Of a DNA stretch of 64,000 bases, positions 1 to 12,000 are shown one piece after another; position 1 is the stretch's first letter, and each line of letters begins with the position of its first letter. Source of the DNA: Stegostoma tigrinum. Its lineage: Eukaryota. The translations under genes were made by a program, and so were the position numbers. The notes under the pieces were generated by a model. The model ran no database searches. It was not told where the DNA came from and worked only from the letters and a program-made list of their open reading frames with translations. The DNA lies in contig NC_081387.1 of assembly GCF_030684315.1 (NCBI RefSeq), positions 21,818,647-21,882,646 on the forward strand. The letters are read 5' to 3'.

Positions 1-97
1 CTCAAGGATGTCCGAGTCTCTGACAGGGGACAGTACAAGTGCTTTGTGACATCTGCCATCAAACACAATGAGTTCAAACTCACGCTGGATGTGACAG
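1..97 (+). CDS. Gene 1 IgV exon, 3' part ([32 protein letters not shown])
   Basis: V-set DxGxYxC motif; donor GTCAGT at 98; homologous to the gene 2 IgV exon. Confidence 0.92.
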
Positions 98-3000
98 GTC
101 AGTGACCATTTTGGAAATACCATACCTGACATCCTCAATGATGGATTTATTGAGGTGAAGGATAAACATTGACCCAGGCCCTAGCAGAACACAAATAGTT
201 TGACACCCTGACAAGGTTGACATTGAAGAGTGTTTCTGTGACGGAGGATCTAGAACATGGGCATACAGTCTCAGGATGAGGGAACAGTCAATTAGCACTG
301 AGACAGGGGGGAAGCTCTTCACTCATAATGTTGTGAATCTTTGCCTTACTGTCTAATTCCATTGAACAATTCCAATGAAGTGAGAGAAGACCATTCGCTC
401 CATCCAGGCTGCTCCACCCTTCAATACATTTATTTTAATTTACGATTATGGCTGATCTTGAATTTCAAATCTAAATGCAAGATCCTCACCCCGCACCACT
501 GAATCCCATGAACAAAGTGATTTCTGAGTTGAGTGTTCACTGACTGAGCGTCCGCTGGGATAGTTGGCGTCTAGCTCACCCAGCCTGCGGAAACAACCTT
601 TCTACATCTTGCCTATTTTAAACCTGTGATAGATTAATTTTTTTTATTGAGCAGAGGTATTAAGGGATATGATCCAAATGCAAGTATATAGAGTTAGGCC
701 ACGGATCAGCCATGATCTCACTGAAAGCTGTAACAGGCTCAAGGGGCTGAACAGCCTACATGTGTTCCTATCAAATCTCTTCAGAATGTATTCTGATTAG
801 ATTGAATTCACCTCTCACACTTCTAACCCCCAGAAAGAATGGGCCCAGTCAGCTGAACGCTTACAGGGCAACCCTCTTGACCCAGAAACCAATCCCATGC
901 AATCCCTCTGGAGTAAGTATTTCCACTCCCAAAGAGCTGAGAATGGCCAGACATTGAATATATTTAAGAAAGAGATTAATATATCTTTGGAAGCTCAGTG
1001 AATATAAGGAACATTAAGATAGATTGGGAGTGTGGAATCAAGGTGGAGAATCAGTAAAGATTGTATTGAGTAATGGGATAGGTATGGGGGATTGAATAGT
1101 CCACCCCAGCTCTTTTCTCTGCATTAACTCCATTGCTTCCCACAATTTATCTGTCAGAATAGAGTCATTGAGGTCTGCAGTGCATAAATGGCCTTTGACT
1201 ACTCAATAACAAGCCAGCAGCTATTTTAATCCTATTTTTCTGTATTTGGCCCAAGGCTTCCTTTGCTTTGGTATCACAAATGCATACCTAAATTCTTCTT
1301 CAATGTTATGAGGATTCCTGCCTCTACTACCCTTATAGGCAGTGAGTTCTAGATTCCCACCTACCTCTGAATGAAGACATTTTTCCTCATATCCCCTTGA
1401 AATCTCCTGCCCTTTGCCTTAACTCTAGGTCCCCTGGTCATTGGATCCTCCACCAAGGGAATGTAGAGCCTACTTATGCCCCTCATAATTTAAGACATCT
1501 CAATAATATAGCCAGTCCCCACTGCTCTGAAGAAAGCAACCCCAGTCCATCCAATAATAAAACAAAAAATTGCAGATGTTGGAGATCTGAAACAAAAGTA
1601 GAAATTCTTGGAAAACTTCAGCAGATCTGGCATCATCCGTTGGAAGAAAGCAGTGTTACTCTTTCGAGTCCAGTGACTGTTCATCAGAACCATTAGTAGT
1701 TACAAAAAAGTGGTATTTATGCTAAAGCCAAAGATTGATGAAGGGGGAGAAGTAAATGGACGAGTGGAGATGGAGCCCATTAGAGGGAGAGAGATAAAAA
1801 GTGCACATTATCAAGGAAATAATGGATAGAACTTGAGGACAGAAAAAAAGTGATAATTAGAGCTATGAAAGAGAAAATTGCTGAACTGTACTTAATGCAA
1901 TGCATATAATTTGACAGTGGGTTTGAGAATAGGTGAGAATAGGTGACAATGTTAAAAGCAACTCATGTCAGAACAGGACCTAGTGTGCGGTGGCGGAAAT
2001 AAAGGAGGAATGTAATCAGGTTCTAAAGTTATTGAAATTCATATTAGTCCTGGAGGCTGCAAGATTCTCAAATGGAAAATGAGGAGCTATCCCTTGAGCT
2101 TGCACTGAGTCTCAGTGGAACACTGTGGCAAGCCAAAGACAGAAATGTTGACCAGGGAACACGGTGATGTGCTGAAGGGGCAAGCAACTGGAAGTTCAAG
2201 GTCATTTTTATGGATAAGACATAGGTGTTCTGCAAAGCAGTTGCCCAGTCTGCTTTTTGTCTCCCCAGTGTGGAGAACACCACATTGTGAACAGCAAATG
2301 CAGTAGACTAGATTGACTGAAGTGCCGGTAAATCTCTGCTTCACTGAAGGTATGTGGGACATTCTGAATAGGGAGGAGGGGTCGATAAACAGGCAGGTAA
2401 ACTGTGGGGAGGTATTGAGAATGGAGGAGAAGTGGACCAGGGAGTCATGGAGGGAACAGTCCTTGGAGAGCTTCCAATTTTCACCTTACTCTCACCTTCA
2501 TCTGGTCCATCTCTGACTCCTCCTTTCCCTTCCTCAACATCTCTGTTTCCATTTTGAGATTAGACTGGCACCCACATTCTCTACAAACTCATCAGCTTTC
2601 ACAGTTACCACGACTATACAAACTCGCACTCTGCCTCCTCTAAGGACTCCTCCCCATTCCCCCAGTTTCTCCACCTCCATCACATCTGTTCTGATGATGC
2701 CACCTTCTGCGGAGGCGGACCAGCCTCAGAAATGTCCACCGTTTTCCTCCATTGAGGATGTCCCACTGCTGAGGATGACAGGACGCTCAGCCATGTTTAA
2801 CCCATCTTCTGCACTTCAAGCCAGATCTCTTTTGTCTTTCCTCCGACAACAATGATAGGGTCACTGTAGTCCTCACTTACCACTTCACCAGCTTATGGAT
2901 CCAAAAGATCTTTGCCACCATTTCCGCTACCTCCAGTGCAATGCAACCACTGGACATATATTCCCTCCTCTGACCTTGTTGGCCTTCTGCATGGACCGTT

Positions 3001-6000
3001 CCCTCTGCCCACACCAGTCTGCTTGTCCTTCACTCCCAACACTCTCCCACACCCCAAGGCACCTCCCCATGCAATTGCAGAAGATGTAACACCTGCCAGT
3101 TTACCTCCCCCTGATCCAGGGCCCCAGACATACTTTCCAGGTGAACAAGCTCTTTACCTGCACTTCACTTAATCTAGTCTACTGCAATTGCTGTTCACAG
3201 TGTGGTCTCTTCTACACTGGGGAGACGCAATGCAGACTGGGTGAAGGCTTTGCAGAACACATATGTTCTGTATGTAGAAATGACCTTGAACTTCCAATTG
3301 CCTGCCACCTCAACACCATGTTCCCTGGCCAACATGTTTGTCTCAGATCTGCTGTAGTGTCCCAGTCAGCCTCAGCACAAGCTCGAAGAATAGCATCTCA
3401 TTTTCAGCTTCAGGACATTGCAGCCTTTAGGCCTCAACATCAAGTTCAATAACTTTAGAGCCTCATTCCATCCTTCCATGTTTTTACCCGTCCCATACCA
3501 GGTCCTGTTAAGACATGGATTGCTTTTAGTACAGTCACCTTTTCCCACATATTGTCTGGTCCATTATCACATTATCTCGATTGCTATCATACAGCCCCTC
3601 CATTTCCTCCTACCCTCAGCACATGTTATCGCTTATTCAGCTTTTCTTCTGTTCTGGCCTGCTGTCTATAATCTCTTTCTTTACCTACCTCTTCCATACG
3701 TCTTGCTTTCTGGGCTCCAGCTCCACCAATCTCTGCACCTCCTACTCCCCCACTTCGAAGCCTGCCCCTGCACACCACTGCCCCCTCCCACCCCTCAAGC
3801 TAAACTTTGTCTTCAGTATCGATACTAGTTTTTCTGAACTGTTATCAATTCTGCTGAAGAGTCATCAGAGTGGAAGGGGTAATGATGCTGTCTTCCCATT
3901 GATTGTACCAGATCTGCTCAGTCGCTCCAGCAATTTCTGTTCTTTTTCCCAGTCTACCCCCAATTTCTCGTCACAACCAGAACTCTTCAGCCCTGGCGGT
4001 AAAATCTCCCCTGCACCCTCTCCATGTAATCACATCCCTGCTATAATGTGAATTCCAGAACTGTACACAAAATTTTCTCATAGGCTTTTGAATCTGGGGA
4101 ATATAATTCCACAGACTAAATGGCCCTCTAGGAGAAAACATTTTTGCTCATCATTGTCTTAATAGCAAGATCTCATTATGTCAAATAAAAGCGAAGCTTT
4201 GTGGTCAGTTAAATGCTATTGTAATGTTTATGAACTTTAAAATGTCCTATTTTTAACATTTTTTTATATGGGGTCACTTTGAAGGGCCAGAAGCCATTGC
4301 CATCCAAACTTGCCTGGTTATAGGTCGTTTCTGTCTGGATTGTTCGTCACTCATCCCTCCGAGTTTCTTCTGCCCTCCCCCCAACTTCTTGCCCTGACAG
4401 ATTGTGATCAAATTGTGGTTGCCCTCCAGAAAGTACAGATCAGCTGCGATCTGACTGAGTGGGGTAGGGAAGCCATGACGGGCTTTGCGGCCTACTCCCC
4501 TTCCTGATATCTCTGTGATTGCAGGTACAGGCCGCCAGCCCACGATTGAGATGGAGGGCCAAACGGGAGATGGCATCAGACTGGGCTGCAGATCCAAAGG
4601 GTGGTACCCAGAGCCACCCGTCCTGTGGTCGGATGGAGATGGAGAGAACGTAGCAGCCCAGCAGCAAACCACGTATCAGCCGGACACTCAGGAACTGCTC
4701 ACGGTCAGCAGCTTCATCGAGATCCCCAAGCAGTCCACCAACAAGTACACTTGTGTCATTAGTAACAAGATTCTGGAGGAGAAACAGGAGGCTCACATCC
4801 AGATTGCAGGTCAGTCACAGTGGGAGAAGACCTTCACAGTTACACAGCAAACTGGGAAGAAGGACGTGAATCTGATTGTAGGGAAATATATAAAACCCTG
4901 AGGAAACTCTGTGATGGAAACTGGCTCCTTGTGATCCTAGAGATAACTATCAAAAAAAAGCCCCTCAGAGCAATGGCTTGCCCTTCGTGGCAACCAAATG
5001 CATTTCACTGGGATGGAGATTGGGAAAGAGTGAGACGCTGTGATGGAGGGAGGAGGAGAGGGTGGGATAGAAAAAGAAGGAGAAGGTGTGATGGAGGGAG
5101 CAGGAGAGCATGTAATGCAGATTGGAGGGAGGCAGTGAAAGAAATGGAAGTGTGGCAGGAGTGGGTTGATTTGAGTTTGCAAAAAGCGAGTGTGGTCACG
5201 ACAGAGAGTGGGCGATGGAGGGAGCGGGAGATAATGGAATGGAAGTTGGAAGATGGAGATGGCTAATGGAGGAACGGGGCTGATGGAGGGAGAGGGGTGA
5301 TTGAAACTAGGTACATGGTGTGACAATAGGTTTGTGTTAACTCAAAAAGCTGAATGGTTCATTTTCTCACTCTTCTCACTCTCCCCTTTCTCTCTTCCCT
5401 GCCACCTCTGTCTCCCTATGTATCCTCTATTCTCGCTCTCCCTCTTTTCTTTCCTCTCAATTACTCTTTCTCTCTGCTCCTTTGCTCCATCTTCCCCTCC
5501 CTCTCCTCCTCCATCTCTCTTTCTCCCTCCTCCCCCTGTCCCTCTCCCCCCCATCCTCACCACCTTGCTCTTGCTATTTCTCACTTCTTTCTCCCTCTGT
5601 CTCTCCCTCCTCTCCCTTCCTTTCTCCCCTCTCCCTCTCTCTCCATACAGATTCCTTCTTCCCCTATGTTTCCCAATGGCTGATAGCGTTCTGGATCCTG
5701 TTTGCTCTGGTTATTGCAGCGGTCGCTCTTGCAGTGTGGTACCTTCGGAAATTACAGAATGAGATTCAAGGTGACATCCTTTGCACAAGCTCTAAGACCA
5801 TTTTCGAGAATTAACTATAAACAGAACCTTATTATTTGTTAACTGAAAATAAAACAGACAGACCTGGAAATACTCCACACATCAGGTGTAATCTGTGGAG
5901 AGAGACAGAGTTATTGTTTCAGGGGAATAAGAGTTTAATTTTTGTGAACTGTGTAATGAGCAGTGTAATGAGGAGCCTGTTCATTACAGGCTGACACTGA

Positions 6001-9000
6001 CAGTGTGTCCTAAAGTCATGGTGCCCATTGGATTCATTAATTTTTTTGCTTCTTTTTTCCAGGCCTCAGGAAATCTGAAGATAATCTCGGTAAGTTACGT
6101 TTCTTCAGTCATGGGCCATGTGCTGATGTGACACAGATTTTCTCTGTTGAGAAATTTCACACTCTCACCCTGACCATTACAGTTCTGAGAGGAGCCAAAC
6201 CTCTACTATATATCACTTATCTCAACAGTCACCAGGAGGGTCACTCTGTTTCTTTCTGCTGTAGTATTCTGTGAGTGTATCTCTTTCCTTCAGCCACCCA
6301 CTCCCCACTAGACTCTCTATCTTGTTCTGATTCTTCCTCTTGTGATGGTACTGTGCCTTTAAGAAAGATACGTTCTGTCCTGTTTCTTTTTGCAGTCGTG
6401 TCATCACAGTGGTGCAATAATGTCTCCTTCACACAGAAAGTTGCTAAACTGCATTTGAGTTCTCCCCGGGTGTTTGTTTTGAAGAAAGGATGGGATCAGG
6501 GTTCACATAGACCCTGGTTTTTAGTTTTGCTTTCATTTAATGAAATGGTTTTAGCATGCTGTTGAGCTAAAGGCTTGAGTTCTCTGCTGCTAGAGTGACG
6601 TCTTAGACAGTGAGGCTTCCTCTTAGAAATCAAAAGAGACAGATTATTTCTTTCTTCTGGACTGGAAAGAGACAGCACCTGAGAATCAGAGCTGTATGCT
6701 GAATTGATTTTTTTGCCAAAGGGTGTGCTTGTGGGATGCTATGTTGGAACAGTTGATGACTAGTGGCTAAATCACACATTGTCTTGTTAAGTATTTCAAT
6801 AGAGCTAGTTATTCCAATTTTTTTTTGCTGTATTTTAACTGTGTTATAAGAAGAAAGTGTGTCTTGGTTAAAGTCTAGTAATGGACCAATCTAATCACAT
6901 CTGGAATACAGCACCTTTCACTCACTGTGAAATAATTATAAAAGTTAAGTTTCTCTTTACAATACTTTGAGTAGGGATGGGGAGTCTGGTCTGGTCTGGC
7001 CCATAACACTCTCTCTCAAATCTCTCTCCTTTCTCCCTTGTTTCTTTCCACTCTCACCTTCTCTCTTTTCCCCCTCCCTCTTCCTTTCATCTGTGCTCTT
7101 TCTCCCCAACTCTTTCCCTGCACCTTTGCCTTACTTTCTCTCTTCTATCGCACCCCTTTCTCTCTCTTCTCATTCCCACACTCTCCTTGCTCTTTCACCC
7201 CTCTCTTTCTTCCCCTCCTCTCTTTTTCTTCCTCCTCCCCTGTTTCTGTTTCCTCTTCCTATCTCTCTTTGCCTTTACCCTTTTCTTCCTAACCTTTCTC
7301 TAACCTGTCTCTCTCATCTCTCTCATCCTCACACAATACTCTTTCTCTCTCTATCCCCAAAGCAACCCCCCTCCCACCACCTCCCCCATGCTGGGCTCTT
7401 CTCCACATATCTTTCTTCCAATTCCAATTGTACAGGCCCTCTCCTCTTCCTCCTCCTCCTCTCCCCTCTCTGAATCTTCTTTTAAGACTCCTCTATAGTC
7501 AGTGAGAGTAGGCAATGTGATTTGGCTGCTCTGGGAATGGGACATGGGTCAATATAAGGGGTAAAGGGCTGATGCTAATTTAATGTTTTCTTTTGACCTG
7601 TTACAGAACGTCAAAGGCTGCTGGATGTAACCGGTGAGTAACCCTTAGTAACCCAGAGAGATGCGACGGGAATTGAAAATCCAACGATGTGGAAATGTAT
7701 CAGAGAGAAACATTTGTGAAACAGTAATACCGAGTCTAGTGATATAACAGATAACAAATAGATCATTTGAGTCATTCACCATGGAGATAGACCCTTCAGT
7801 CCAACTCTTCCTTGCCGACCACGTCTCTCAAACTAAACTCGTCCCACTTACTTGCATTTGGCCCATATCCCTCTAACCTTTCCCTATTCATGTAATTAGT
7901 CCAAGCCATCACAGAGTTGAAAGCAAGGCTCGAAATTATGTCTTCTTCATGGAATTTTTACAACACTATTGAAAGAGTCCAGAAATGATCTTTGGAAAGA
8001 AATTAAATAGTTACCTGGAACAGAAGAATATTGATGAATAGGTTGAAGGTTTTCATGCCAAATAATAGGAAAGATTTGCATTTCTGTAGCACCTTTCACG
8101 TTCTGAGGTTGTCCCAATACACTTTATCCAAAATGATGTACAGAACAAAGTAAAAATTAGGAGCAAGAGTCGGCCACTTGCCTTGAGCTATTCCACTGTT
8201 CAGTCTGATCATGATGGATCTACTTCTCTGCAGTGTCCCCCCTAAAGACTATCGTTTTATTTTCTGTATTTTGGATTGCTGAGGTAAAGGATTCTTAAGG
8301 TTCACAACACGCTAAGAAATTTCTCCTCATCACAGACCTGAGTGGTTTCAGAACTGCCAGTTAGTTGGAATTGAGAACATGAAGTCGCAGAATACTGTCA
8401 TTACAGTGTACAGGAGATAGCAAGAACTGCATGTGCTGGAGTCAAGAGTCAATACAGTGTGGAGTTGGAGGAACACAGCAGGTCAGGCAGCATCAGAGCA
8501 GTCTGTAAATTGGGATTATCGGTTTCTCTCCAGCTAATCTTCAAATTTGCACACACTGCTCCTCCCTGTAATTGAGCAAAAAAAACATTTTTTAATCGGG
8601 GCAAGTGTTTGTGAACCAGCTGTTTTCACAATCAATACACTTCACAGTTCTACAATGTGCCAAGTAAAGTAAATCTGCCATTTTTCAGTATCTTCTGATT
8701 ATCTCCAACTTTCTGACATTCTGACATGAAGAATACAAACCTCACTGTAGCAGAGGAACAATGCCTTCCTTACAACACAGCTCAACACTCTCTGACTGGG
8801 CTCCCACATTCTAACTTGTAAACTTGAGGTGACCTGACACACTGCTACCCATGTCTTCACTCCCCGCAAGCCCCACTCACCTGCTTGCTGACCTACATTC
8901 TTAAACAATGTCTCCATTCTTAATTTCTTATCCAGGTTTTCCAGCCCCTTCATGCCCTTACCCTCACTGCTCTGTAACTCCTCCAGATCCTCAACTCTCC

Positions 9001-12000
9001 AAGATGTCTACGCTGTTCTAATTCTGACCTCTTACACACCCCAATTACAATCGCTGCTTCATTTGAAGATGCAGTGTCAGGTGCCTCAGTTCCCAACCCT
9101 ACCACCCCCACCCCAACTCACTTTGGTCCTTCAAAACCTACCTCTTTGAAAAGGTTTTTGGTCACCTGACCTAACATCTCAATGTGTAGCACAATTGCAT
9201 TTTTTTCATGACATTTATATGAAGGATTTTGAGATTTTTAACAGAAATACAGGCATTCTATAAATATGAGTTGCTGTTGTGTAATATAGATGCAGTGTAT
9301 TATCTGACAGGTGAGAAATGCCAAACTGAATGCATGAGAACATACAAATAGGAGCAGGGTTCGACCATATGTGGCCTATCAAGCCTACTTCACCATTTAA
9401 TAATGTCATGGCTGATCTCTTCATGGATGCCGCTCCACTTACCTGCCTTAACCCTACCTCACCATAACCCTTAATTTGTTTACTGTTTAAAAATTTATCT
9501 TTACTTTAAAAAATTTCAGCAAAGTAGCCTCAACTGCTTCATTCAGGAGGGAATTCCACAGATTTACAACCCTTTGGGTGAAGAAGTTCCTCCTGAACTC
9601 AGTTCTAAATCTGCTCTCCGTTATTTTGAGCTATGCCTCCGACTTCTAGTTCTATCTGCCAGTCAAACAACTTCCCTGCTTCTGTCTCATCTGTTCCCTT
9701 CAAAATGGATTGGTGTACAGCCAAGGTTTTTTAAAAAAATTATCTTCTAAACTACATTCCCCTTCAAAAAACTTTCTGATCAAGTAATATTTGGATTTTC
9801 AGTGACATTTCTGGTATATTTAATGTTAGATTTGAATTGCCTTGTTCCCCATATGACAAATTTCACTCTTCCATATTTTTCTCTTTAGAATGTGAGAAAC
9901 TTCAGCAGAAGTTAGGTAAGACATTATTCCCAAAACTTTCTCAGTCTGGGATTGGAATTTCATCTCATGCTCATCACTGGTTTCTTCACCAGCATGGTCC
10001 TGAAAATTTAAAGAAAACAGGAAGGATTGTCTTGAATTTGTTTCTGAAACTTTCAGCCTGAAGGATGCTTTAAAAGAAAATGTCTTCATTCAGTTTAGAA
10101 AACAATGGTGTGAAAGCAAAATTCATTCATGAAGTGAAGTCTGTTGAGTGAGATTTATTCATACCTTTCCAATTCTCTGTTTCCTTTTAGAACAATGGAG
10201 GCCTCTGGTCCAGTCAGGTATGTTATGTGTGTGAACACAAAATGTAAAAGATCTTCACCTATCATCTTTTGTGTATTTTTTTGATGTTTGCCCATGGTGA
10301 TATTGGGCCAAATGAAACAGGAGGGTATGAAGATCAATGATACATTACTCTCTACCTTGACTTAATCCATGTGTATGTGTGCTTCTCGGACACATCATCA
10401 AGGTCTAGCCAGTAGCACCCAATTGTGGGTCACCCTCAAGTCCTTGGCTCAGAGAAAATTGCAATGTACTTTTATTGCTTTCCTATTTGAGAGTATTACA
10501 GATGATTAATTATTTTTATGTTAACTTTGCAGAGTGGAACAGGATACAGAGCTATGCAGGTAAAATTCTCAGTGTAGCAGACTCTGGGTCTGTGCAGTAG
10601 TGCACGGGGAGGCTGTATGTCTACATCACCCCATTCTAGCTGATGGGGAACCTCTCCCGCACTTAACAAATGCTATTCACATATCAGAAGGATTTACAGA
10701 TTGCTTATCAATTTATTTGGTGATGCAATGACAGAAATTCCATAGTCACAAGTTGTGAAGTGGAACTTGAATCTGAAGTTTCTGGCCAAGAAACAGCAAG
10801 GCGACTTACTATACCACACCACCTCCTCACAGTTTTAAGACACTTTGAAAGTTCTACAGAGATAGTAAGTCAAGGAGGTGAGGGTGAGAGGGAGGGTTGA
10901 CCGCATCAGACAGATGTGGATCACATCAGACAGATGTTCACCTGCACATCTGCTAATGCGGTCTACTGCATTCACTGCTCCCGATATGGCCTTCTCTACA
11001 TCAGTGAGACCAGGTGGAGGCTCGGAGACCACTTTGTAGGGCACTTATGCTCTGTTCGTGACAAACGACAATACCTCCCAGTCATGAACCACTTCAACTC
11101 TCCCTCCCACTCCCTGGATGACATGTCCACCCTGGGCCTCTTCCAGTGTCACAATGATGCCCACCCGGAAATTGGAGGAGCAGCACCTTATATTCCGCCT
11201 TGGGAGCCTGCAACCCAATGGTCTCAATGTGGACTTTTCTAGTTTCAAAAGCTCCCCACCCCCGGCCTCATCCCATGACCAACCCTCCCTCTCATCCCCA
11301 CCTCCATGACCTGACACAATCTGTCCATCTTCTCTCACACTGACCAATCCCCACCTCTGCCTACCTACACTCACCTATCACCTACCTTCCCCAGCCCTAC
11401 CCCTGTTCTCTATTTATTTCAGAGCTCCCTTCCCTCTCCTGCATTTCTGAAGCAGGGTCCTGACCCAAAAGGTCAGCTTTCCTGCTCCTCTGATGCTGCC
11501 TGGCCTGCTATGTTCGTCCAGCTCTACAGTCACTTTTGCTGACATCACATCTTTATTCCTCTGATTTTCTTTTAAATTAATTCTCAGACTATGCTGTTGG
11601 AATTGGAATTTACTTTCTCTGGTCTTTGAGTTCACAACATGGGGGAAGCAATGCACAAACAATTAATCTAGAGAACAATGATCTGGGAATCAGTATTCCA
11701 GTCCCTCCAATGGTAGCTTACTGAATTTGGAGTCAGTTAAAAATGTGGAACTAAGAACCTAATAATGACCATGAAGCTGATACCGGTTGTCAGGAAAAAG
11801 GCAGCTGGTTCACTGCTGCCCTTGAAGGAAGGAAACTGCCACATTTACCTTGTGTGTGGCCGAGGTGTGACTCCAGACTCACAGCAATGTGGTTGACTCT
11901 TTACTGCCACCTGGGCAGTGAGGGACAGGCAATAAACGCTGGCCTGGCAGGTCACTCCCTCATTCCATGAATTAATGTAAAAAGGATCACTACTCACTTG

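Noticed and set aside
5301-5650. Leu/Ser/Pro-rich ORFs here and at 6967-7473, 29274-29800, 34661-34987, 43676-44038 and 53694-54119
   Set aside because: Translations of low-complexity polypyrimidine or purine intron tracts.
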